Assembly: GCF_988242995.1 (NCBI RefSeq)
Contig: NZ_OZ547043.1
Reading direction: 5' to 3' (one strand)
DNA: 64,000 nucleotides
Positions 55,809 to 64,000 of the stretch are shown here, piece after piece. Under the pieces are notes generated by a model that saw nothing but the letters and a program-made list of their open reading frames with translations, was not told the DNA's origin and ran no database searches. How positions within the stretch are numbered: position 1 is the stretch's first letter; the number at the start of each line of letters is the position of its first letter. The position numbers were made by a program, and so were the translations under genes.

Positions 55809-57878
55809 TTACTGTAACAGCGAAATATCCGCAACGCGCAGGAACAGTTCGCGCAGTTTCTCCAGCATGGTCAAACGGTTGATACGCAATTCTTTGTCAT
55901 CAACCATGACCATCACTTTATCGAAGAAGGCATCAACCGGTTCACGCAGCTCAGCCAGTTCGACCAGCGCATCCTGGTAACGACCTTCAGCAAAGTACGG
56001 CTCCAGTTTATCGCGCAGCACAACCACCTGCATCGCCAGTTTAATTTCTTCCGGCTCTTTCAGAGTAGAAGCATTCACGCGATCGCTCAGCACTTCGTCA
56101 GACTTCGCCAGAATGTTAGATACACGTTTGTTCGCCGCCGCCAGTGCAGCAGCTGCATCCAGGGTACGGAAGTGCGATACCGCCTTCATACGGGCATCGA
56201 AATCTGCCGGACGAGTCGGACGACGCGCCAGTACCGCCTGGATGGTATCAACGGTATAACCTTCGTCCTGATACCAGGCGCGGAAGCGACCGAGCATAAA
56301 GTCGATAACATCATCAACCACGTTGGCATTAGTCAGCTTATCGCCATACAGACGCACTGCTTCTTCGGTCAGCGTTTGCAGATCAAGGTTGAGGTTCTTC
56401 TCAACGATAATGCGCAGCACACCAAGTGCGGCACGACGCAGCGCAAACGGGTCTTTATCGCCTTTCGGATGCTGACCGATACCGAAGATACCTGCCAGGG
56501 TGTCCATCTTGTCAGCAATCGCCAGCGCACAAGCCACTGGGTTAGACGGCAGGTCATCACCGGCAAAACGCGGCTGATACTGCTCGTTCAGCGCCACTGC
56601 CACATCTTCCGCTTCGCCATCGTGACGCGCGTAGTGCATCCCCATAACGCCCTGGGTGTCGGTGAACTCGAAGACCATGTTGGTCATCAGGTCGCACTTG
56701 GACAGCAGGCCCGCACGGGTTGCGTGGTTAACGTCAGCGCCAATCTGTTCAGCAATCCAGCCAGCCAGCGCCTGGATGCGGTCAGTTTTGTCGCGCAGTG
56801 TACCCAGCTGTTGCTGAAACAACACGGTTTGCAGGCGCGGCAGGTTATCTTCCAGACGTTTTTTACGGTCAGTGTTGAAGAAGAACTCGGCATCCGCCAA
56901 ACGTGGACGAACGACTTTCTCGTTACCAGAGATAATTTGCTGCGGATCTTTCGATTCGATGTTGGCAACGAAGATAAAGTTCGGCAGCAGTTTGCCGTCG
57001 TTCGCGTACACCGGGAAGTACTTCTGGTCACCTTTCATGGTGTAAACCAGCGCTTCAGACGGCACAGCGAGGAATTTCTCTTCAAATTTCGCGGTCAGCA
57101 CAACCGGCCACTCCACCAGCGAAGCCACTTCTTCCAACAGGCTTTCGCTTAAGTCAGCGTTACCGCCAATCTTACGCGCCGCTTCTTCGGCATCGGCTTT
57201 AATCTTCGCCTTACGTTCTTCGTAATCGGCGATGACTTTCCCGCGCTCACGCAGAATTTCCGGATACTGATCGGCATTGTCGATAGTGAATTCCGGCTCG
57301 CCCATAAAGCGGTGGCCGCGAATCACGCGATCGGACTGAATGCCCAGAATGGTAGCCGGAATAACTTTGTCGCCCAGCAGCAGGGTCACGGTGTGCACCG
57401 GACGCACGAAGTGCACGTCGCTTGCACCCCAACGCATCAGTTTCGGGATCGGCAGTTTCGCCAGCGAAGTCGCAACCATATTCGGCAACAGTGCTTCAGT
57501 GCTTTCGCCCTTCACGTGGGCGCGATACAGCAGCCATTCACCTTTATCGGTAGTCAGACGCTCAGCCTGGTCTACGGTAATACCGCAACCACGCGCCCAG
57601 CCTTCTGCCGCTTTGCTCGGTTTGCCTTCAGCGTCGAACGCCTGAGCAATCGCCGGGCCGCGTTTTTCGATTTCACGATCCGGTTGCGCTTCCGCCAGGT
57701 TAGCTACTTTCAGCGCCAGACGACGCGGAGCAGCAAACCATTGAACGGTGCCGTGTGCGAGACCAGCGTTATCCAGCTCCGCAGTAAAATTCGCAGCAAA
57801 GGACTCAGCCAGGCTGCGCAGTGCTTTTGGTGGCAGCTCTTCAGTGCCAATTTCCACCAGGAAAGTTTTCTCAGACAT
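55809..57878 (-). CDS. glyS: Glycine--tRNA ligase beta subunit, 689 aa
   Basis: Track [43 protein letters not shown]...; expected length. Confidence 0.97.
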   Translation of the reverse strand: MSEKTFLVEIGTEELPPKALRSLAESFAANFTAELDNAGLAHGTVQWFAAPRRLALKVANLAEAQPDREIEKRGPAIAQAFDAEGKPSKAAEGWARGCGITVDQAERLTTDKGEWLLYRAHVKGESTEALLPNMVATSLAKLPIPKLMRWGASDVHFVRPVHTVTLLLGDKVIPATILGIQSDRVIRGHRFMGEPEFTIDNADQYPEILRERGKVIADYEERKAKIKADAEEAARKIGGNADLSESLLEEVASLVEWPVVLTAKFEEKFLAVPSEALVYTMKGDQKYFPVYANDGKLLPNFIFVANIESKDPQQIISGNEKVVRPRLADAEFFFNTDRKKRLEDNLPRLQTVLFQQQLGTLRDKTDRIQALAGWIAEQIGADVNHATRAGLLSKCDLMTNMVFEFTDTQGVMGMHYARHDGEAEDVAVALNEQYQPRFAGDDLPSNPVACALAIADKMDTLAGIFGIGQHPKGDKDPFALRRAALGVLRIIVEKNLNLDLQTLTEEAVRLYGDKLTNANVVDDVIDFMLGRFRAWYQDEGYTVDTIQAVLARRPTRPADFDARMKAVSHFRTLDAAAALAAANKRVSNILAKSDEVLSDRVNASTLKEPEEIKLAMQVVVLRDKLEPYFAEGRYQDALVELAELREPVDAFFDKVMVMVDDKELRINRLTMLEKLRELFLRVADISLLQ

Positions 57879-57887
57879 AGCCGCCTC

Positions 57888-58799
57888 TTACTTATCTTTG
57901 TTGCACATCGGGAAGCCGAGGGCTTCACGGGAAGCGTAGTATGCTTCAGCCACTGCTTTGGTCAGGGTGCGAATGCGCAGAATGTAGCGCTGACGCTCGG
58001 TGACGGAGATGGCTTTACGCGCATCCAGCAGGTTGAAGCTGTGGGCGGCTTTTAGAATACGCTCGTAGGCTGGCAGCGGCAGTGGATTTTCCAGCGCCAG
58101 CAGCTGCTGCGCTTCTTTCTCGTACTGCTCAAAGCAGGTGAACAGGAAGTCCACATCCGCGTATTCGAAGTTGTAAGTGGACTGCTCCACTTCGTTCTGA
58201 TGGAACACGTCGCCGTAGGTGGTTTTACCCAGCGGGCCGTCGCTCCAGACCAGGTCGTAAACGCTGTCTACGCCCTGAATGTACATTGCCAGACGTTCCA
58301 GACCGTAGGTGATCTCGCCGGTAACCGGTTTACACTCCAGACCACCAACCTGCTGGAAGTAAGTGAACTGCGTCACTTCCATGCCGTTCAGCCACACTTC
58401 CCAGCCCAGCCCCCAGGCACCCAGCGTCGGGTTTTCCCAGTTATCTTCCACGAAACGGATGTCGTGGATGGTCGGGTCCATGCCCAGCTCTTTCAGAGAA
58501 CCAAGGTACAGCTCCTGAATATTGTCCGGCGATGGCTTAATGACCACCTGGAACTGATAGTAGTGCTGTAAACGGTTGGGGTTTTCGCCGTAGCGACCAT
58601 CGGTCGGGCGACGAGAAGGCTGAACATAAGCAGCCGCCATCGGTTCTGGCCCCAGCGCGCGCAGACAGGTCATTGGGTGAGAGGTTCCCGCGCCGACTTC
58701 CATGTCCAATGGTTGAACAATGGTGCAGCCCTGGCGAGCCCAGTAATCCTGTAAGGTCAGGATCAAGCCCTGGAAGGTCCTGGTATCAAACTTTTGCAT
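57888..58799 (-). CDS. glyQ: Glycine--tRNA ligase alpha subunit, 303 aa
   Basis: Track [45 protein letters not shown]... Confidence 0.97.
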
Positions 58800-58893
58800 A
58801 TTATTTCGTGCTGGATACGTGTGGATTTAAAGGAAGGGATCAGTATACCCGCTGGATGGAAGATATACAGTACGAAACGGGAAAAAGCAGGGC

Positions 58894-59202
58894 TTAACGC
58901 ATGGAAAGATGCAAAAAATGGCCATCTGCGTCAAAAGAACAGACAAACTGCTCTTTACGGAAGGTATAACCGCGCATTTCGTAGCTCCCCTGGAACTGTT
59001 CAAATGCGGTGACGTCGATTTTTTGCGCACCTGTATTATAGCGTTTTGCCGCCTGATCTTTGCATAGCCCTTCCATATTCAACGAACGCAGAGGATCAAC
59101 CTTTACCCGTTGTGCTTTCTGCACGGGTGGCGGTGTAGAACAACCCACTAGCGCCATAAGCACCATAAGCGCCATTGCCGGAAAGAAAGAGTTCATCATC
59201 AT
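58894..59202 (-). CDS. ysaB: Small lipoprotein YsaB, 102 aa
   Basis: Track ORF MMMNSFFPAMALMVLMALVGCSTPPPVQKAQRVKVDPL... (lipobox LVGC). Confidence 0.8.
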   Translation of the reverse strand: MMMNSFFPAMALMVLMALVGCSTPPPVQKAQRVKVDPLRSLNMEGLCKDQAAKRYNTGAQKIDVTAFEQFQGSYEMRGYTFRKEQFVCSFDADGHFLHLSMR

Positions 59203-59376
59203 TAAATTACCGTCTGGTTTGCAGGTGAGTCTTATTATTTATATCGGTATAGTGGCTGATATCTTACGAATTTCCTTAAGCCTCTATAAGCTGTAGTGAT
59301 AAAACTCAGATTATTCCAGTGCGCCAACCGAATGATTTATCGGTCAGACTTTTTTTAACCAGATACAGAGACACAG

Positions 59377-60372
59377 ATGCAGCCCAAAATTTACTGGATT
59401 GATAACCTGCGAGGGATAGCGTGTTTAATGGTGGTGATGATTCACACCACTACCTGGTATGTGACCAATGCTCATAGTGTTAGCCCCGTCACATGGGATA
59501 TCGCCAATGTTCTGAATTCTGCCTCTCGTGTCAGCGTGCCGCTATTTTTCATGATTTCCGGCTATCTCTTTTTTGGCGAACGCAGCGCCCAGCCGCGCCA
59601 TTTCTTGCGTATCGGCTTATGTCTGCTTTTTTATAGCGCAATCGCACTGCTCTACATTGCGCTGTTTACCTCCATCAATATGGAGTTAGCGCTGAAAAAC
59701 CTGCTGCAAAAGCCAGTGTTTTACCACTTGTGGTTTTTCTTCGCGATTGCGGTGATTTATCTGGTTTCACCGCTGATTCAGGTGAAGAACGTCGGCGGAA
59801 AAATGTTGCTGGTGCTAATGGTGGTGATTGGCATTATCGCTAACCCAAACACAGTGCCGCAGAAAATTGACGGTTTTGAATGGCTGCCAATTAACTTATA
59901 TATCAATGGCGATACTTTTTACTACATCCTGTATGGCATGTTGGGCCGCGCTATAGGGATGATGGACACACAGCATAAAGCACTGTCGTGGGTGTGCGCC
60001 GCACTGTTTGCGACGGGGGTTTATATTATCTCTCGCGGGACATTATATGAATTGCAGTGGCGCGGAAATTTTGCCGATACCTGGTATCTTTACTGTGGGC
60101 CGATGGTTTTTATCTGCGCAATCACGCTATTGACTCTGGTTAAAAACACGCTGGATACGCGTACCGTTCGCGGACTTGGCTTAATCTCCCGCCATTCGTT
60201 GGGTATATACGGATTCCACGCCTTGATTATCCATGCACTGCGCACCCGGGGGATTGAGCTTAAAAACTGGCCAATACTCGATATTATTTGGATCTTTTGC
60301 GCGACGTTGGCAGCGAGTTTGTTACTTTCTATGCTGGTACAACGAATCGACAGAAACAGACTAGTGAGTTAA
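59377..60372 (+). CDS. wecH: Membrane O-acetyltransferase for enterobacterial common antigen, 331 aa
   Basis: Track [38 protein letters not shown]...; acyltransferase-3 family. Confidence 0.92.
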   Translation: MQPKIYWIDNLRGIACLMVVMIHTTTWYVTNAHSVSPVTWDIANVLNSASRVSVPLFFMISGYLFFGERSAQPRHFLRIGLCLLFYSAIALLYIALFTSINMELALKNLLQKPVFYHLWFFFAIAVIYLVSPLIQVKNVGGKMLLVLMVVIGIIANPNTVPQKIDGFEWLPINLYINGDTFYYILYGMLGRAIGMMDTQHKALSWVCAALFATGVYIISRGTLYELQWRGNFADTWYLYCGPMVFICAITLLTLVKNTLDTRTVRGLGLISRHSLGIYGFHALIIHALRTRGIELKNWPILDIIWIFCATLAASLLLSMLVQRIDRNRLVS

Positions 60373-60380
60373 ATAAATAT

Positions 60381-60405
60381 CCTCCGGCATAGCCGGAGGT
60401 TTTTC
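60381..60405 (+). terminator. wecH intrinsic terminator
   Basis: cctccggcatagccggagg followed by ttttt. Confidence 0.7.
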
Positions 60406-61110
60406 AAATGCGCCTATAAGGCTCTCTTACCAGCCGCGCCCTAACAGGCGCACACGATCTGACATTTGCATCCAACTTCGTTACTTACGGCCCGTAAACG
60501 GGCTGCCCGGATAGGGAATCGATAACTGCTCTCCCATTTTATCCTCTTCAAGCTGGTGCTTTATGTAATCCTGTATCTTCGCCGTGTTCTTACCCACTGT
60601 ATCGACGTAGTACCCTCTGCACCAGAACTCCCTGTTCCTGTATTTGAATTTCAAATCACCAAACTGCTCGTAAAGCATCAGACTGCTTTTCCCTTTCAGA
60701 TATCCCATAAAGCCGGATACGCTCATTTTGGGCGGGATCTCCACAAGCATATGGATATAATCTGCACAGCATTCAGCTTCCAGAATCCGTACGCTTTTCC
60801 ACTCACACAGCTTTCTCAAAATACTGCCTATTGCTCTACGCTTCTCTCTGTAGAACACCTGTCTTCGGTATTTTGGCGCAAAAACTATGTGATATTTACA
60901 GTTCCATCGGGTGTGCGCTAAGCTCTTTTCGTTCCCCATTGGGACCCCCTTTTGATTTCTTGTTTGACACTTGCAGTTGCCAGACCGCAAAGTGTTTTAA
61001 CAAATCAAAAGGGGTTTTAATAACTGGCTCAAAGCTGAAAGCTTTCCGGAACCCCCAGCCTAGCTGGGGGTTTTCTGTGCACAATAAAGGCCCGGTCACA
61101 TTGGACTGAC
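60405..61110 (-). mobile_element. IS200-like insertion sequence (IS200/IS605 family); boundaries approximate within about 30 bp
   Basis: Single Y1 (HuH) transposase gene with about 75 bp after the stop and about 170 bp before the start. The upstream end carries the characteristic perfect hairpin acccccagcctagctgggggtt. Total about 0.7 kb, as expected for IS200; no terminal inverted repeats, consistent with the family. Confidence 0.8.
60481..60939 (-). CDS. tnpA: IS200-family transposase TnpA (Y1 HuH transposase), 152 aa
   Basis: Track ORF 60481..60990; conserved start MGNEKSLAHTRWNCKYHIVFAPKYRRQVFY; HuH motif (HMLVEI) and catalytic Tyr region (RGYYVDTVG) present. Confidence 0.92.
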   Translation of the reverse strand: MGNEKSLAHTRWNCKYHIVFAPKYRRQVFYREKRRAIGSILRKLCEWKSVRILEAECCADYIHMLVEIPPKMSVSGFMGYLKGKSSLMLYEQFGDLKFKYRNREFWCRGYYVDTVGKNTAKIQDYIKHQLEEDKMGEQLSIPYPGSPFTGRK

Positions 61111-61118
61111 CGGGCTTA
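61087..61118 (-). terminator. Probable yiaA terminator hairpin
   Basis: Stem cccggtca / tgaccggg followed on the minus strand by ctttattgt, just 3' of the yiaA stop. It could instead be part of the IS200 end. Confidence 0.45.
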
Positions 61119-61124
61119 TGTGAA

Positions 61125-61562
61125 TTATTCGCTGTATTCTTCCTGGGTAACCTGTGTTTCTTTTAGTGGGTTTATTCCGGCATCACGAATATTCTTCTGC
61201 ACCGCTACTGCACCAAACAAGCTTAAGAAGAAAGCTAGTCCATAAAAACCTTTCTCGCTGAGTAATAATGTCGCATTCCACAGACCTACCATCAGTAATG
61301 CAACAGAGATAATAAAGACAGTCAGGCAGGTCATATAATAAATGGAAGTGGTCGGTATGCCTTCATACTTGTCCCGAACGGTCTTTTGATAAGACGCAGC
61401 AGAAAACAGTCCTAATACCAGTACGGCAAAATAATATCCTTTTTCATTTAACTGCATCTCTGCATTCCATAGCCCTAACAGATAGGTAACGATACCACCA
61501 ACGAGAGCTATCCATGACACAATACTGAATGCCGGAGAATAGGTTGATATTTTGTTGTCCAT
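61125..61562 (-). CDS. yiaA: Inner-membrane protein YiaA, ~145 aa
   Basis: Track ORF 61125..61565 [33 protein letters not shown]...; second Met taken as start; paralogue of the adjacent yiaB. Confidence 0.88.
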   Translation of the reverse strand: MDNKISTYSPAFSIVSWIALVGGIVTYLLGLWNAEMQLNEKGYYFAVLVLGLFSAASYQKTVRDKYEGIPTTSIYYMTCLTVFIISVALLMVGLWNATLLLSEKGFYGLAFFLSLFGAVAVQKNIRDAGINPLKETQVTQEEYSE

Positions 61563-61607
61563 CACAGTATTCCTTTCATTCCTGAATGTGTAAGAGCTTT
61601 ATGTTGC

Positions 61608-61949
61608 TCATGCCGGGCGAAACAAACGCATTTGACCAAACAAGCAGACAAAAAAGGCGATAGGGTAGATCACCATTTCATAAGCATTGATAGGTGCGTT
61701 TAAAACACCTATAAACAAGAGACCGATAGTGATTAACGCAACTAACTGGCAGATGTGGGTAAAAAAATCATCCAGTTGCCCGAGTTTTTCTGCGCGAAGA
61801 TATGCATAGTTGCCAAAAGTTGCCGTCATTAACACGCCAAGAAAATAGCCTTTTCCACTTAACAATGGGCATGAGATCCATAGCCCAAGCAGATAAACCA
61901 GCGCCCCGGCAACAAATAATATTTTTGCCACAGTCTTTGAGGTTTTCAT
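61608..61949 (-). CDS. yiaB: Inner-membrane protein YiaB, 113 aa
   Basis: Track ORF 61608..61991; start taken at MKTSKTVAKILFVAGALVYLLGLW (ATG at 61947-61949); shares the YLLGLW and ...LFG motifs with YiaA. Confidence 0.85.
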   Translation of the reverse strand: MKTSKTVAKILFVAGALVYLLGLWISCPLLSGKGYFLGVLMTATFGNYAYLRAEKLGQLDDFFTHICQLVALITIGLLFIGVLNAPINAYEMVIYPIAFFVCLFGQMRLFRPA

Positions 61950-62116
61950 AACGATCTCCATATCTACCAGCGATACATTACGAGTAACCAACGAAAGACA
62001 AAACTGAAAAATGCCATTAACAAATGATTTCAGAATAAATTCATACTAAATATTAATTAATTACTGATATATATAGATGTAAATTATCCCCCACCCGGTC
62101 AGGCAGGGGATAACGT

Positions 62117-63571
62117 TTACGCCATTAATGGCAGAAGTTGCTGATAGAGGCGACGGAACGTTTCACGTCGTGGCTGATAAGCGGCATAACGCTGCGCATC
62201 TGGTAGATGCGACTGTTCTAACGGCAGTTGCGGCAACAACTCAATGAGCGATTTCTCTGGATTCGCCGCAATCTGCGCCAGCCTTGCTGCGCCCAGTGCT
62301 GGCCCCACATCCCCCCCCGTACGGTAATCGAGCCGCTGACCGCTGATATCCGCCAGCATCTGACGCCAGTACTCACTACGCGCCCCGCCACCAATCAACG
62401 TAACACTTTGCGGTTTAATGCCGCAGGCATGCACGACATCCATGCCATCTGCCAGCGCATAACCCACGCCTTCCAGCACTGCTCGCGCCAGTTCATTGGG
62501 GCCATGTTGATGAGTCAAACCAAAGAAAACCCCCTTCGCCTGGGGATTATTGTGTGGTGTACGCTCGCCGGAAAGATAAGGCAGAAACCAAACTGGCTCG
62601 GCACTTTCATCAGCCTGTTGAGCAGCCGCGATTAAAGCTGGGACATTGTTCAGGCCCGTTAATTTCGCAGCCCAATCCAGACACGACGCTGCACTCAGCA
62701 TTACAGACATTAAATGCCAACGCTGCGGTAGCGCATGGCAAAAGCTGTGTACGGCGCTTTCTGGCTTGCTTAAGAACCCTTCGCTGACAGCAAAATAGAC
62801 CCCCGACGTCCCCAGCGATAACATTGCCTGATTAGCATCAACCATTCCTACACCAACCGCACCAGCTGCATTATCACCACCGCCTGCGACAACTGGCACC
62901 GCCGCCATACCCCACGCTTTCGCAACTTCAGGTAGCAAAGCACCAGTAATTTCGCTGCCTTCGTATAATGCGGGCATCTGGTCACGAGATAAGTGGCAAG
63001 CCTGCAGCATGACGTCACTCCAGTCACGCTTTGCGACATCCAGCCACATGGTGCCAGCTGCGTCAGACATATCGCTGGCAAACTCCCCCGTCATACGCAG
63101 ACGCAAGTAATCTTTCGGTAACAATACTTTGTCGATTTGACGGAATATCTCCGGCTCATGCCGCTGAACCCATAGCAATTTAGGCGCAGTAAATCCGGGC
63201 ATCATCAGGTTACCGGTAATCACCCGCGATTGCGGAACTCGCGCTTCCAGCAAAGCGCACTCTTGCGCACAGCGCCCGTCGTTCCACAAAATGGCAGGGC
63301 GTAATAACCGTTGCTGGGCATCCAGTAAGGTTGCACCGTGCATCTGGCCGGCAATACCCAATGCTTTAACGTCCTGCAGAGAATGCTGATCGCCCAGGGC
63401 TTTCATTGCGCGATCAGTTGCCTGCCACCACTGTTCCGGGTCTTGTTCCGACCAGAGTGGATGCGGGCGCGAAACGGTCAGCTTTTCCGTTTGCGAAGCA
63501 ACCACCTCGCCCTGCTCGTTGAGCAAAATAACTTTTACGCCCGAGGTGCCAAGATCTATCCCGATATACAT
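62117..63571 (-). CDS. xylB: Xylulokinase, 484 aa
   Basis: Track ORF MYIGIDLGTSGVKVILLNEQGEVVASQTEKLTVSRPHPLWSEQDP...; FGGY carbohydrate kinase. Confidence 0.96.
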   Translation of the reverse strand: MYIGIDLGTSGVKVILLNEQGEVVASQTEKLTVSRPHPLWSEQDPEQWWQATDRAMKALGDQHSLQDVKALGIAGQMHGATLLDAQQRLLRPAILWNDGRCAQECALLEARVPQSRVITGNLMMPGFTAPKLLWVQRHEPEIFRQIDKVLLPKDYLRLRMTGEFASDMSDAAGTMWLDVAKRDWSDVMLQACHLSRDQMPALYEGSEITGALLPEVAKAWGMAAVPVVAGGGDNAAGAVGVGMVDANQAMLSLGTSGVYFAVSEGFLSKPESAVHSFCHALPQRWHLMSVMLSAASCLDWAAKLTGLNNVPALIAAAQQADESAEPVWFLPYLSGERTPHNNPQAKGVFFGLTHQHGPNELARAVLEGVGYALADGMDVVHACGIKPQSVTLIGGGARSEYWRQMLADISGQRLDYRTGGDVGPALGAARLAQIAANPEKSLIELLPQLPLEQSHLPDAQRYAAYQPRRETFRRLYQQLLPLMA

Positions 63572-63642
63572 ATCGATCGTTCCTTAAAAAAATGCCCGGT
63601 ATCGCTACCGATAACCGGGCCAACGGACTGCACAGTTAGCCT

Positions 63643-64000
63643 TTATTTGTCGAACAGATAATGGTTTACCAGATTTTCCAGTTGCTCCTGGCGACCACTC
63701 TGATGCACCGGAGACAAATTGTGTTCCTGAGCATATTTGGCTAAATCTGCCAGTGACATTTGGCCTTTCAGGATTTGCTGGCCTAATTCGCTATTCCAGC
63801 CGGAATAACGCTGCGCGATGCGTTTATCCAGCTCGCCATCTTCAATCATGCGTGCTGCAATTTTCAGCGCCAACGCCATCGTATCCATCGCGCCGATATG
63901 ACCGTAAAACAGATCATATTTATCAGTACTTTGACGACGTACTTTGGCATCGAAGTTCAGACCGCCGGTGGTGAAACCGCCTGCTTTGAGAATTTCATAC
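63643..64000 (-). CDS. xylA: Xylose isomerase (C-terminal ~119 codons; 5' end beyond the window)
   Basis: Track fragment 63643..63888 ends ...[14 protein letters not shown], the XylA C-terminus; the frame stays open to the window edge and sits upstream of xylB as in xylAB. Confidence 0.88.

Noticed and set aside
56172-58055. Plus-strand ORFs 56172..57152 (326 aa) and 57312..58055 (247 aa) across glyS/glyQ
   Set aside because: Antisense to the essential glyQS genes; translations are His/Arg/Gln-rich artefacts.

Overview
This window is a contiguous, syntenic stretch of Escherichia coli chromosome (the gadA-bcs-dpp-xyl region of the K-12 map); I found no convincing previously undescribed system. 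Gene order: gadX (partial), gadA, yhjA, treF, yhjB, yhjC, yhjD, yhjE, yhjG, pdeH, kdgK, yhjJ, dctA, pdeK, bcsCZBAQR divergent from bcsEFG, two tandem LDR (ldr/rdl) type I toxin-antitoxin units, yhjV, dppFDCBA, proK tRNA-Pro, eptB, yhjX, yhjY, tag, yiaC, bisC, yiaD, ghrB, yiaF, yiaG, cspA, hokA, glyS, glyQ, ysaB, wecH, an IS200-like insertion, yiaA, yiaB, xylB, xylA (partial). Every large ORF matches a known protein at the expected length. The points worth a second look are strain-level differences from the K-12 reference as I recall it: an intact bcsQ, two LDR copies instead of one, no IS element next to hokA, an IS200-family insertion between wecH and yiaA, and a degenerate tRNA-Pro-like fragment near proK. 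CDS coordinates come from the supplied ORF track, trimmed to conserved start codons where the track ORF begins at an upstream in-frame start. Short motifs were placed by hand-counting and may be off by 1-2 bp. No database search or alignment was run; all K-12 comparisons are from memory.
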